Below, piece by piece: positions 1 to 12,832 of a stretch of DNA of 64,000 nucleotides (its first letter is position 1; each line of letters opens with the position of its first letter). This DNA is from Peribolospora baueri (lineage: Eukaryota), in the NCBI GenBank assembly GCA_029717555.1, contig JAMDHS010000056.1, positions 62,001 through 126,000 of the forward strand, read 5' to 3'. Under the pieces are notes generated by a model. It did no database searches and was not told where the DNA came from. It saw only the letters and a program-made list of their open reading frames with translations. The position numbers were made by a program, and so were the translations under genes.

Positions 1-785
1 GAAGGTCTTCTTTGCTCTCCTCTCTTGTCTCGTCTGTCTGTGTGTGGTGGGTGTGCTGGCAAATGGATGTAAAATCCGGTCGGTCACTGCCACGCACTGG
101 CCGGCGACGGTGGGCCGAGAGGGCGGCGAACAGAAAACGGATGGATGGCGTCCGGTGGCGAGGTGGTCGTCCAGGTGGTAGCAATCCGGCGGCAGCGCGG
201 TGGACGGCCGGCGATGATGCGATGATGGGATGCGCAGGGTGAGATGGAGGTGGATAGGGTGCGATGAGGGGAGGCGGTGAGCGGCGGCGATGTATGCGCG
301 GTGGTCGGAGAGCACGTGGGTGTGTGTGTCTGTGTGTGTGTGCGGCGGACGGTGGCCGTGCGGGAGGTGGTGAGTCCGGGCGGTGGTGGGTGTCGGAGGA
401 GGGGGAGGAGGAGGAGGGGGAGGAGGGGAAGGTGGTGGTGGTGGTGGTGGTGGTGGTGATGGTGGTGGTAGTGGTCGATGGCGGCAGATGACGACGACGA
501 AAGGGCCGGGACCGGTTGAGAAGCGATTGTGCGAGCGAGGCCTATCAGATGGATCAGCGAGCGGCGCTGGGCGGGCGAGGGCGACGGCTTGGAGGCGATG
601 GCAATGGCGACGGCGACGGCGAGCGTCGGGCAAACGTCGAGGAGGATGACGACGAACGACAACGACGACAACCAACCGATCCACCTTTTTTTTTTCTCCC
701 CTCGCCGTGGCGTGCTCAGCAGGCTCGGCCGCGGAGGCGTACGCTTAGCCGGCTGGCGGGTGGCTCGTGCGAGGGCCGTCGTCGA

Positions 786-905
786 TCAGTCAGTCAGTCA
801 GTCAGTCAGTCAGACACAGAGGCAAGCGTCCGACAACCGTCCATCAGTCGCAACGTCGCTCGCTCTCGATAGAATAGGATATGATAGGATAGGATAGGAT
901 AGGAT
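786..905. repeat. Microsatellites (GTCA)n and (GATAG)n upstream of tilS
   Basis: Directly visible tandem repeats at about 786-813 and 875-905. Confidence 0.9.
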
Positions 906-1104
906 AAGTTAGGATAAGTTTGGATAAAATACCATGGCCCTTTGACTCTCCCCTTCTCCACCATCTTCTTTCTTCCACCCCCCCCCTTCCCAGCGTCCTC
1001 TTCATCGTCATGGTCATGACACGCCACCGCCGATAGCACCCATCCATCCACCGCCACCACCACCGACCGAACGACCGCCAGTCTACGTTCAGACCGCCCG
1101 CACC

Positions 1105-3333
1105 ATGCGCCGCCCCGCCGCCGTGTCCGACGCCGAGTTCGTCCACCACATGCGCTCCCTCATCGACGCGGCCGCAGGGAGGGCGTCCGCCGTGCTCCGA
1201 CGCAAGCCCAACGTGAACAGCGACGGCGGCGGCGACAGCGATGGCGACAAGAGGAGGGCAAGAGTGGGCATAGCCCTCTCAGGCGGCGTAGATTCGATGG
1301 CCCTCCTCGTCCTCCTCCACCGGTACTACTCCCAGTCCTCGTCCTTGCACAACAACGTCCACCTCGCCGCCCTCACCGTCGACCACGGCCTCAGGCCCGA
1401 AAGCGCCGACGAGGCCAGCGCGGTGGGCGAACTGGCGAGGAGAATGGGTGAGCCGGCGCGAGGGGATCGCATCATCTCCTCCTCTCTGTCCTTCTGACTC
1501 TTTCGCCCGCCCACAGGCATCCAACACACCATTCTCAAAATACCATGGTCCCAGCCGCCTTTCCCACCATCGCCCCTCTCCTCCTCCCCCTCCGCACCAT
1601 CGTACTACGAGCACGCAGCCCGTCAAGCCCGGCTGCTCCTCTTCCACACCTTTTGCCGCCAGCACCACATTCACGCTCTCTTCCTCGCTCACCACGCCGA
1701 CGACCAGGTCGAGACGGCCCTCTTCAGGCGTTTTACCCGTCCTGCACTCGCCCGTCCCGGGGACGACCGTGGGCCCGACGCTAGGAAACTCGGCTGGGGT
1801 GGGATGAGAAAAGTGAGCCGCTTGTCCGGCTGGCAGGCTCTACCTCACCCCGCGCCCGTTGACGCGCAGAGGTGGGCGTGCAGGCCGTTGCTGGAGATTC
1901 CCAAGGTGAGCGGGCGGTCAGGTCAGTCCGTTTCTTTTAGGGATCGCTGATCACGCGTAACGAACGGCACGCGACTCGACTCGGCTCTTGGCCACCGCTA
2001 TCCAGTCCCGTCTCATCTCCACATGCGAGTTCCACAACGTCCGCTGGTTCGAGGACCCGACAAACGCCGAGACGTCGCACAACCCGCGCAACGCCGTTCG
2101 TCGGCACCTCCACCAACTCGAGCTTTCCCACCACGCCGCCCGTCCGACGTCCGAGGAAGACGGGCAGGAGAAGGATGCGGATGCGGTGAAGACCGTGGTG
2201 GAGATGACGGTCGACGAGGCGAGGGACGAGGAGGCGGTCGCGGAGGCGGTGGCCGAAGAAGAGGCGCTGTCACCCACGTTGCTGCTGCGAAAGTGGGTGA
2301 GACGGAGGAGCGAGGAGAGGGACGAAGTGGACCGGCAAAGTGGGTGGGTGGGTCGACCGACGTTCGCCTTTCGCGAGCTCCTCCTCCTTTTTTCGGGCCC
2401 AGAGCTTTGCGCGGGTGCAGCTGACGAACGAACGCGCTCTCTCTCGTCTATGTCGCAGTTGCTTCCCTCCTCCCGACCATACTATCTCCCTCGCCAACTC
2501 CGCCGTCCACACTCCTCATTCTTCCCTCCCGCCTCCCATCCACGACAACCCCCCTCGTCCGCCAAGCCCTCGTGGCCCGCATGCTCGACCTGTGCTCCCC
2601 CTCCCCACTCGGCTCGAGCCGTGCCAGAGGCGGGCAGAAAGCCGTGCTGGACACGATCGCTAACGTCGCCCACGTCCTTTTTGGCACCCGTCGCGGCGGG
2701 GAGGAGAGGAAAGCTTTCACGCCCGGCAGTCGCGTCCTCTTCACACCCACCAAGGTCGCCGTCCCCTTCCCCATCCCCGTCGACGAGGCAGGACACGGCG
2801 GCAGACCGACGAGCACCGGTCCAGCTCCAACTCCCGCAGACAGCGACGAACCAAATCCAATTCCAGAATCAAATCCAAAGCGGGCATCCACAAAAAAGCT
2901 ATCCGCATGGCGAATCTCAAGACAGCCCTTACCGCGTACAGACCTCCACCTAGGCGCATTGCGTGTCCGCCTCGCAGCCGTGCCGTCCACGGTGGGCGAG
3001 GACGAAGGGTGGACGTTGTGGGACGGCCGGTTCTTTGTCCGCTTGCGGTCACGTTTGGTGGAGGTCAAGGAAGAAGAACAGGGGAAGAAGAAGACGCGGG
3101 GACAGGTCGTTGACGCGCTTGTCGAGCCGCACGGGCCTTGGGTCCTTCCTCGCGTCGTCTTGCGGCCCCTCGGTGACGACGCCACCGAGCTCGCCTCGTC
3201 GGCCGAGAGCGAGGCGAAGGGCGAGGCGTGCATCATCGGAGGCGTGAACCTGAGCAAAGACGAGGAGAGACAGGCACAGCGGGCCTGCGCGACGTTCGGC
3301 TTGACGGTGGAATGCGTCTTTGCTCGTCACTGA
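1105..3333 (+). CDS. tilS: tRNA(Ile)-lysidine synthase-like PP-loop ATPase, probably mitochondrial; 4 exons (1105-1447, 1517-1905, 2006-2339, 2459-3333)
   Basis: Spliced translation has VGIALSGGVDSMAL (PP-loop), TVDHGLRPES, EHAARQAR, LAHHADDQVETALFR, RPLLEIPK, WFEDPTN and PRNAVR. All three introns are GT..AG and keep frame. Confidence 0.9.
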
Positions 3334-3540
3334 ACTGTACACCGACCGGCCGCCCCATGTCCAGGCTCGGGCTCGGGCCGGGCCATGTGATAGATACGAA
3401 CTACGCTGAGCTGAGCTGAATTGAGCTGAGCACGCGGTGCGTGTCGAAAGGCAAGGACGAGAATCATTCTCGACAGACAAGCAAACGAAGAAAAGTAAAA
3501 GGTACGATACACGCCGCCTACGACCCCGCCGCCGTCACCG

Positions 3541-5447
3541 TCACCCCCTAGCAATCCTCTCGCTGAGCACCCTCCACCGATCCCACACCGCATCGCCTCC
3601 CACATAACAACCCTTGAGCCACCTCTTCACTCCGTCTCCGTCCCCCTCGTCGTCCTGGCGCCATTCAAAGCCCCTCCTAGAGTGAAGGACCCGGCGGTTA
3701 TCAAAGACGACACACTGGCCTTCCTTGAGCGTCGTCTCGTACCGTGCCTCGGGCTCGTGGGTGAGTTGGGCAAAGCGGGCAAAGGCGGCGTAGAAGCGTT
3801 GTCGGTCTTGGACGTCCGCGAGAAGCGGGTGGTGTAACGGCAAGGGCGCCATGAACGGCGGCGAGTAGTTGACGGCCAGGAGCGTCGGCGGCGGCGACGA
3901 CGCCGAGCCCCGGCGTCGTCCCACGTCGACGTCGACGTCCTCGTTCGCAAGCCTCTCCCGCTCGCCCGGCGCGAGCTCCAAGGTAGGATGCTCCCATCTC
4001 AAATGATGTCCATCGTTGACGTACTCGAACCCCACAGGAACGGTCGCGAGCAGCCGGAACGCCTCCCTATCCTCAGCCCAGAGACGACGGGCGGCGTGGA
4101 AGGCGTCGACGAAGATGGAGGCGCCGCCGGTGACCTTGTTGCGGAGGTTGTGGAGGAACTGGAAGCGGGGCGGGTTTTGGTAGTACCTGGGAGGGACGGA
4201 AGGGAGGACGCTTCGATGTCAGAAGGGGACAGAACGGGCGAGCTGACAAGAGAGAAGATGCAGGACAGGGGAAGGCGACTCACAGGAGGTCCATGTGAAA
4301 GCCGAGGTCGAGATTGGTATACGCAATGTTCCGACTGTCCTTGATGCTCCTCACTACGGACGGCGCGGCGGGAAATGCGAATGAAACGAATGAGCGGGGA
4401 ACCGAGCAGCAGAAACCGCATCGATCCGATCCGACTCACCGTCCCAAAGCTGGCCATAGAACGTATGGCGCACCTCTCCGATCCTCTCGGCCACCTTGCG
4501 GAGCCAGGCGTCGTCGTGGCCGGTGGGCTCGGTGGGGACGTGGTCGAGGAAGGCGAAGCCGTCGCGGAGGAGCGCGTCGAGCACTGCGTGGAGGGTGCGG
4601 TCGCGGTCTGCTTCGACGTCTGCTTTGGCTTCGGTGTCGACGCCCATGTAAGCGGAGAACGGAACGCGAAGAGGCGGGCGGCGGTCGAGGGTGGCGCGGG
4701 ACCAAGGGGTGGCTAGGCGTGGGAGGGCGTGATGGGTGTGGAGGTGGGAGCGGAGGTGGGAGGAGGGGGCGTGGAGGCGGAGGAAGGAGAACGGGTAGGA
4801 CGAGACGTGCGCCGGCGGTTTGGTTTCCGACGACGACGACGACGACGACGAGCTAGGAGGGTTAGCGATGGCGGCAGTGAAGCCATTGGACACAGCCGAG
4901 CCGGCGGCGTTCCATTCTATGCGCAGAAAGGGCTCGCTCTTGGCGGCCGACTCGACGTCCACGCTCACCGCGCCGTCCGCGCCGTCCCTGAGAGAGACGG
5001 AGATGGAGATGGAGGTGACGACGGCGGTTGGTGGTCAAAGCAAGCGGGCAGCTGAAAACAAAAAACGAAAGGTGCGCACCTAGCAGGCCCCACACCACCG
5101 CCCACCCTCCCGCCCGCATATACAACATCAGCAACGCCTCCAAACAACTTCTGCGTCGTGCTAGCATGTTTACAGAGCGGGCAGGTGCACGCATCACGCA
5201 GCCATGTCCAGTCGAATTGGGCGCTGTCGAGGTCGTGTGCGGGGGAGGAGAGGGCAATGTGGGTTTTGTGGAGGGAGATGTGCACGGCCGAGGAGTTGGA
5301 GGCGACAGGGGCGGAGGCGGAGGCTGGGAGAGGAGACGCGAGGCGGTGGTTGGATCGGATGGAAGAAGAGCGGGAGAAGGAGCGGCGGCTCAACGTCGGC
5401 CTCGCTCGGACGGCGACGATCGTGACCGGCCGGGGCAGTCTGAGCAT
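3541..5447 (-). CDS. Gamma-butyrobetaine/trimethyllysine dioxygenase-like Fe(II)/2-oxoglutarate enzyme (TauD family, BBOX1/AIM17-like), 4 exons
   Basis: Arg/Ser-rich presequence-like start MLRLPRPVT; Zn motif WLRDACTCPLCKH; HTFYGQLWD|VRSIKDSRNIAYTNLDLGFHMDL (HxD); GGASIFVDAF; FDNRRVLHSRRGF; RWLKGCY. Confidence 0.88.
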
Positions 5448-6352
5448 GGCCTTTGCTGAGCGAGGCGAGAATGGAGACGAGACGAGGAGCGGGGTGGGAA
5501 GGGAGGTGGAGGAGAAGAAAGACAGACGCACCGCACCGGGGAGATGATCTGTTATCTCATATCATATCTCGTCCATCGCTTGCCGTTCTCCTTCGTCGAT
5601 CGAACTGCGACGAAAAGACGAGACGAGAGCCTCCACAACCTGCGAATGCACATATACTTTGAATACTCACGAGCGCACAGACGTCATGTCATCCAACAGG
5701 ATATGTATTTCGCATTCCGTTCCCATCGCCTCGCCTCCGAGATCGAAGAGAAGCGAGGAGGACAATGGTGCACTGCTGTCTACATACATGGTGGATAGAG
5801 GGTACGCGGACGGGGGAATGCTAGCGAGACGGGCCGAATCGGACCAACGTTTGCTTGAAGGGTGGAGAGGGGCGATGGTGGTGGTGTGTCGGGTTACCGT
5901 ACCGCTGGGTCGGGGCGGATCGGGTGAGACGGAGGGGAAAAGGGGACGAACGCGGAGAGGAGCCAGTCCGGGCCGGTTCGTTCTCGCTGGGATCAACCCA
6001 GTCAAGCGAGCGGGGAAAAAGGGGAAAAAAAAGGGATAAAAAATGTGAAAAGGGGTGGTGAGAGGGAGGGGAGGGTGGCGGGGGAGATGCTACTGTAGCT
6101 ACAGGTGGACGAAACCGGTCGGTTTGACGGATACGAGACAAGACGAGAGATGAGGGAAGGAAGGAGCGTGAGTGTGTGTGAGCGCGAGAAGGAATGAAGA
6201 GGAATGGGAGTAGAGTACTGACGAGAAGCAGGGACGAGGGATGAGAGAAAGAAGTCCAGGAGTCCAGATGGGAGATGAGACGGGAGAGGAAGGACGAGAG
6301 ACGTAACCAGACGGACCCAGCGAGATGAGGAGACGGGAGGGGAAGGGTTGAA

Positions 6353-8173
6353 CTAGAGCACAGAATGGGATGCGAGACAAGAGGATGAAGAAGACGAGGG
6401 GGCGGCGGCGGCGTGTCGCAAACGTCCGTTGGGGTCGTCGGAGGAAGAGCGAGAGTTCGAATGCGACTGGAGTGACGCCATGCTCGTCGTCCGTTTCGGC
6501 GGGTGAGCCGTTTTCATCGTCGTCGTCGCCGGCGGAGGTGGTCGTGCGGCGGCAGGGACGGAGACAGGCGCATACCTTTTCACAGCGCCCGCCACGGCCG
6601 CCGCCTTGTCCGCAAAGTAGAACGCACGCTTGTAGCCTGCCGGGATGCCGGTGGGCGGGACGGGCGCGCGGACGTCGACGAGATCGAGTGCCTCCTCGGC
6701 CTCTATGAACTCATCGACCTCCTCCGGAGACGTCGGAGGACTCGAGCCGCTGGACCGATGCGAGCCGCTGGAGCCAAGGACGCTGTCGAAGCCCTTGCTG
6801 CTGACGCCGCTTCGACTGCCACTCCCGTTGGATGCAGCGGAGTGGTAGCCGGCAGACTCGTCGTCCATCTCCGACCCAGAGCTGTGGCCTGACAGGCCCG
6901 TTCGACTGCGATGGCGCGTCATCTGGGGCGGAGCGGCCGAGGGATGGTGCTGCGGCTGTGATGGAGCGCTGAGGGCGGTGGAACGGAGCATGGAAATGGA
7001 TCGCGAGTGGCGCGCGGGACGTCGGACGGGGCTCGAAGGGGGCGAAACGGGAGCGCCGACGGGTTGCTTCGAGTGATGCTTGATTTGGCTCGTGCACCGG
7101 GAAGGGGACGCGATGGACACGGACGCGGCGGCGAGGTCGACGTCGGCATCGCGGGGAATCTCGTGCGCGGGCGCGTCGCGCCACTGTCTCCTGTACTCGG
7201 TCGCTCGCTCGTACCGGATGAGCTCGCGACCGTACTCGGACCCAGAGAGGAGAAGGGCTCGGTCGCGCGCCTCTGCGGCGCTCTCAACGCCACCGTCGCG
7301 GAGGAAAAGGTCGAAGTGGACGAGCAGCTCGTCTTCCTCCATTCGAAGGTCGTAGTCGAGCAAGTAGAGGAGCTGCTTCTCCATCAAGTTGACCTCGGCC
7401 TGGGAAAAGAGCGCAGCATACTTGGTCCAGTGCTTGTTTTTGGGCGACGAGTCGTTGAGGTACTTGGCGGCGCAGATGAGCGCGGCGAGGAAGACGCGAT
7501 GGCGCGTGCAGGGCATGCCTGTATGCGTACGAGTCGACGAGAAGAGGGACGGAGTGAGCGACGCGTCCTAGGACGCGAAACGCGGCGGTGAGGGACTACT
7601 CACCCTTGGCTACCCTGGGAAGGCGGGTGCGAAGCCTCTCAAGGTAGATGAGCGTGCAGAGCAAGGTGGGCACCTGCACGTTGGACTTTTCGACGAGGAT
7701 GGCGATGAACGTCTCGAGGCTGGGCAGAGCGGCCGCCGCATCGTCCGCGGACGTGACCGACCGGTCGTCGAAACCGGCCTTGGTAGGCGTCGTGGGGGGT
7801 GTGGGCAGGGACGAGGGCGCGGGTCCGCATGCGATGACCTGGGTTGCCTTTTGAGCGAGATAGGCTGAACAAGACACGGAATACGAGGTGTGAGCATGGC
7901 CAAGAGCGCGACGACCGCCAATCTCCGCGCGGTGCCAAGCGCGGGCGATAAGCGAACGTCGCGTCCCGTCTGTGCTTCCATCGACGTTGACATCAGCGTC
8001 CGTCCGTACTCACCGACCATTTCTCGAGTGACGGGCTGCTTGACGAGCTCGAGCAGTGTCTGGTTGTGGACCATCTTGGGCAAGAGCGACGCGGGGTGTT
8101 TCCGCCGCATGCTGGACACGGACACGCCGGAGTAAGTGGCCGACGCGGAGCAAGACGGCGCGGTCGCGGCCAT
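6353..8173 (-). CDS. Pho85-type cyclin (PCL1/2-like), 3 exons
   Basis: [84 protein letters not shown] cyclin box, followed by a Ser/Pro-rich tail. Confidence 0.92.
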
Positions 8174-9066
8174 GGTATCGAGGGAGAGGGTAGAGGGCGG
8201 TGGAGGACGAGTTGGGATGGAGCTGCGTCAATGAGGCAGATATGAGGGAAGAGAAAGAGACGGAAAGAGGTGCGAGTGGGAGGTGGGTGGTGGTGATGGG
8301 GGAGGGGTGGCGCGGCGTCGATGAGGCCTTGATGGAGGGATAGAGAAATAGGAACGGCGGACGGTAAGGGAGTTGGTGGAGGAGGAGGAGGATGCTGAGG
8401 AGAAGAAATGGACCAGCCGATTTATGGAATGAGGATGTGCGAAGAAGAGGAGGGGATGGAGTAGGAGGATGGTCGAGAGGGAGACGATGGTGGTGGTGGG
8501 AAGAGGGGGAGGAGGAAGTAGGGGGTGAGAACGACGTGCGGAGGGGAATGGGGGGGTAGGGGAGTAAAAAGGGCGATGGGCGAGGTGGCGGCGATCCAGG
8601 AGGGGTCGTCGTGGGTGCGACGGTGGCCGACGCACGGGCGGGCAGGGCAGGGCGGGAGGTGCTTTGGCTTGGCTTGCTTGGACGGATGGTGATGGCGAGT
8701 GGGCGAGCTGGGACGAGCTCGAGCGCGGAGGGGTCGAGTCGAGTCGAGTCGAGCCCGGTCGACGTCGGTGCCGGTCGTCGTCGAAATGGACGGCGGCGGA
8801 TGTGGTGTGGGGGTTGGGTGGGCGAAGAACTGGTTAATCCATCATCCACCATCCATCATCCATCGTCGCCGACTTCACTGCTCCCCACCTCCTTGATTGT
8901 CGGTGCCCGGCGCGGCGGTGGTGGCACGCACGCGGCGGCAACGCCAGGAGGTCTCGCTGGATCGCTCCCGGCGAGTTTCGAGTCCGAGCGAGGCGCGTTG
9001 TCGTCCGCTCCCGACGGCACCGACGCCGGCCACCTTTGCACAGACAGACAGACGTCACCGAGGGCG

Positions 9067-9097
<31 letters not shown>

Positions 9098-9155
9098 AGG
9101 ACGGAGGGAGGGAGGGAGGGAAGGGGGGTGGGTGCAAAGCAGAAGCAAGGAAGGA

Positions 9156-9195
<40 letters not shown>

Positions 9196-9196
9196 A
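9067..9196. repeat. Compound microsatellite (GCAA)n-(GGGA)n-(GAAA)n
   Basis: Directly visible; the (GAAA)n run spans about 9154-9196. Confidence 0.95.
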
Positions 9197-10932
9197 CAAA
9201 GCAAGCAGGCAAGCAAACTCGCTTTAGACGTTCCTTCAGACGCCAGCCAGACCTCCGTTTTCTCCTTTCTCCGGCCTCTTGTCCGTCCGTCCGTCCCTGC
9301 GCTGGCCCGGCGCTGCATGCTCGCTCAACGTCCAACGAACCGTTCCTCCGCATCGTCGCTCTGCATCCCCAGACCGACGCGCTGTGCCTCTGCGACGAGA
9401 TAGACAGACAGACGGATATACAGACATACACACAGACAACAATAGATCATTTCGACGCGGGTCGTCCAGTCGAGCGGGGCGATGGGATGTATGAATGCGT
9501 GGAAGCGCATCTATCTGTTCCAAGCGCGCGAATTCCCTCTTTCCGTCGACCGGGGTCACACTCGCTGCTGGCTGGCTGGCTGCCATCGACCACATGCATC
9601 GATCGTTACATCCATTCCCCCCCATGGCGACGGACGAATGGATGCCTGCCTGTCAGCCAGGGCGAGATAGATAGATGAACCCGCTCGCCGGCCCCGTTGG
9701 TTGTTGGGAGTGAGCATGCCCCCGCGCCACCGGACGCGCCTGCGCGGCTTGGGCGGAAGCAGGTGGCCGTTTCATGCTCTGCAGCCGATCAGCTGGAGCG
9801 GAACGGAGGGAGGAAGAATGGATGATGGTTGACCCATCCAAAGTGCCTCGTCGCAGCCCTAACCCTTCCTCCCGTCCTATTCCAGCTCGTTCAACATGTC
9901 CGATTTCATTCCCCCCGTCGTCCATCGCCACGCAATCCCACCGCACCGCCCCGGCGCGCCAGCCGTCGTCCATCGTTCGTCGAGCACAGCCAGCCCGACG
10001 ACGACAGCGGACCGGACCGGGTCGGCCGAGAAGGCGATTCATTCCTGCCCTCTCCTTTCGTCCGCTAGCTCAGCGGCGACAGGTGCCCGTACATGGGATG
10101 GATGGGACGATGACGTCGGCGATGCTGCCGCGTGAGAAGCGAAGCGTATATGATCGAGGCGAGGGAGAGACGGGAGACGAGGCCGGGCGCAGATAGGGAA
10201 GAGGGGTGGGAGGGGGATGGGTGGGTAGATACGGGCGGGGCGCACTGCCGTTGCCCTGTTTCGGTTTCGGTCTCCCAGCAAAGAGGGACGGACCAGCTAG
10301 CTAGCTGCAAGGCGGGGGGAAGGCGGGGGAGAGCAGGAGCAGGTTGTTGCTGCGGCTGCGGCTGCAAGCGCTTTGTATGCGTTTTCGTAATGGGCGTTAG
10401 AAATCGAGGGCGATGAAGGCTTACGGGTGTTTGAAAGGAGCGACGTAAGGTCTGGCCGCCCTGGCCCCGTTCGTGGTCGGGTCGGTCGTATGGAGGGCCA
10501 GTTGCGCTGCACTGCGAAGGCCAGTCTCGCTCGCTCGCTCGCGCGCCCTCCCTCCTTTCTTCCTTCCGTCCCTCTTCCCACCCAAACAAACGTTCCATTC
10601 CCACCTATCTTGCGCCCATGAGAGGAGAAAGAGAAAAGATAGAGAGACAGGAGAGAAACAGAAAGGGCCTGCGGGCGCACACAGCCTCCGCGGCTACGGT
10701 CGTCGTGCGAGCGAGATCGGGCGTCGGAGATCCGTGGTACCTCGCTAGCATGCTGGACCTTGCCTTGCCTTGCCTCGCCAAGTTCCCTCGCTTGCCCTCG
10801 CTCCCTCGACGCTTCTTTCTCGACGCTTCTTTCGTGCACGGCGGTCACATCGGGCGGAACTCGGGTCGTCTCGTACCTGTCGGCTCGCCGACTCGATCGA
10901 CTCCAAGTCGCCCGAGAGGGCAGTGTACGTTA

Positions 10933-10991
10933 ATACATACATACATACATACATACATACATACATACATGCATACATACATACATACATA
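10933..10991. repeat. (CATA)n microsatellite with one CATG variant
   Basis: Directly visible. Confidence 0.95.
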
Positions 10992-11719
10992 GAGATAGAC
11001 TAGGTCGTGCGTGCTCGCGTCGATCGCTCCCAGTCTCCCCCTTCCTGGTCGGTATGGAGACCGGCGAGCGAAGGTTCTGGCTGCGCGGCGTAGGCGTGGG
11101 CGTGGGCATGGCGTGGTGGTGCCGGCGTACCGTGCGTACGACCGGGGCGTGCGAACGCATCGTCAAGGGGACGACTGCCTCGGTCCGCGGAAGCTGTCGA
11201 CGCAGCACCAATCTACCGGTCGTCGTTCGTCGTTCGTTTGCGATGCGTGCTCTGGTTGCCCGCCCACCCACGCGTCCGGGCCCCTGCTCGCCCCGGAGAA
11301 TAAGCAGGAGACGGCTCCTCGCACGCGCGGCGCTAACTTATTATTAGCCGCTATGCCGGACTAAGCTAAGCTAAGCTAAGCGAAGCGCAAGCGGCCCTTC
11401 TTTCTGGTCCAAACCTACTTGTACTTGCGCCGCTGTTCCCCGTCATCCGTCCGTCTTCCATCGGCACATCGCACGTGTCATATCACGTCACCCACGCTCC
11501 TTCCTTCCCCCTCGACTGCCCGATCCGATGACGGCGTGCGACTCGACACCACGCTCTCCCTCCTCGAGATGCCCGCGTCGTGAGCCGCCATCGCTCAGCT
11601 ACTCAGCTATGGACAGACTGCGCGGCGAACGGCGAAGCGACGTGAGTCAGGGGACTCGTGCGTGCATACGTCGTCTGCACGTCTCGCAGCCAGCCCGACC
11701 AGTGCACGGACAGGCTGAC

Positions 11720-11806
11720 TGGCTGGCTGGCTGGCTTGCTTGATTGATTGCTTGCTTGATTGCTTGCTTGATTGCTTGCTTGATTGCTTGCTTGATTGCT
11801 TGCTTG
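11720..11806. repeat. (GGCT)n grading into a 12-bp higher-order repeat (TTGCTTGCTTGA)n
   Basis: Directly visible; it generates the periodic CLLD/IACL/QAIK shadow ORFs. Confidence 0.95.
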
Positions 11807-12832
11807 TTAGCGAGCTGGGATTGTCTCACCCCTCCTCCGACACCCCTGTCGCCACACTGCGCCCACCACCCAGACCACCCATTTGCGCCCGACCGAACCC
11901 CTTCCCCATACCCAACCCCTCTCTCGAGCGCCAATGTCGGTCGAAGACGCAAGGTCGAACCTCACAGCGGATCCATGCCATGCGCCCATCGATCGCCCCG
12001 GCGACGATCGCGATCACCGTCCCCCCTCTTTCTTTCTGACAAACGCCGACGTCGACGCTGATTGGCAAACAAGGCGCAAGGCGCTACGCGCGTTCGTTCA
12101 CACCAGTCCTTGCCTTTGCCTTACCTATCCGTCCGCTCGTCCGTTCGTCGCACATCGGCCGGCCGGCCGTCGACTCCGAAGCCGAACGGGCAAAGGGGCA
12201 TGTACGGAGAGAGGCGCGATCCACGTACAGGCGCCGTGTACAGGGTCGCACAGGACACGCACGCTGTATGTATTTGCGCCCTACCACGCATGCAGTCAGT
12301 CTGTCAGTCAGTCTGTCTGTCTGTTTGGCCCGCCGAGATGAGGCGTAGCGAGTCCTTCCTCTCTCCCAAGATGGCCGTCGGAGACATTGACATCGACATT
12401 GACATCGATTCGACTCGAGTGGTCGCATCGCATCGCATCGCGCCGTCCTGCGCACGGTGTGTACCGCACGTGCCATATGCGCACAGGACGATGCCCGCCT
12501 ATACGTACGTACGTACGTACACGGACGGCAGGAATGACCGAACGTAGATCGATTCGTCGATCCCTTATCATCGTCGTCCAGTGTCAAACGCGCTTCAGTC
12601 AGTTGACATGGACTTCCATTTCGAATGACATTCCACCCGACGACACAATTTCCTAAACCAGTCCGTTTTACTAACGTCAATGGGAGCGGGAGCGACCACA
12701 GAACGTATCTGGTCGAGGCGCGAAGAAAGACACAGAGAGAGACGACCCATGTCCCTAATGTCACCGAGAGAGGCGAAGCGAATCGATGGCAACCGACGTC
12801 CCCGAAAGGTCGACGCCAGCCGGACGTCTAAT

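Noticed and set aside
84..671. 195-aa minus-strand ORF with poly-His
   Set aside because: No ATG start and it arises from (GGT)n repeats. More likely the C/T-rich leader of a gene beginning left of the window.
8611..9678. 355-aa plus-strand ORF with KERK/KQAS repeats
   Set aside because: Translation of tetranucleotide microsatellites, with no domain or splice support.
9857..9866. CCCTAACCCT telomere-like match as a telomerase RNA template
   Set aside because: A single 10-mer in C-rich sequence with no supporting structure visible.
11735..11806. Regular repeat as a possible CRISPR or repeat-protein signal
   Set aside because: Pure 12-bp tandem repeat without spacers, in eukaryotic DNA with no cas genes.
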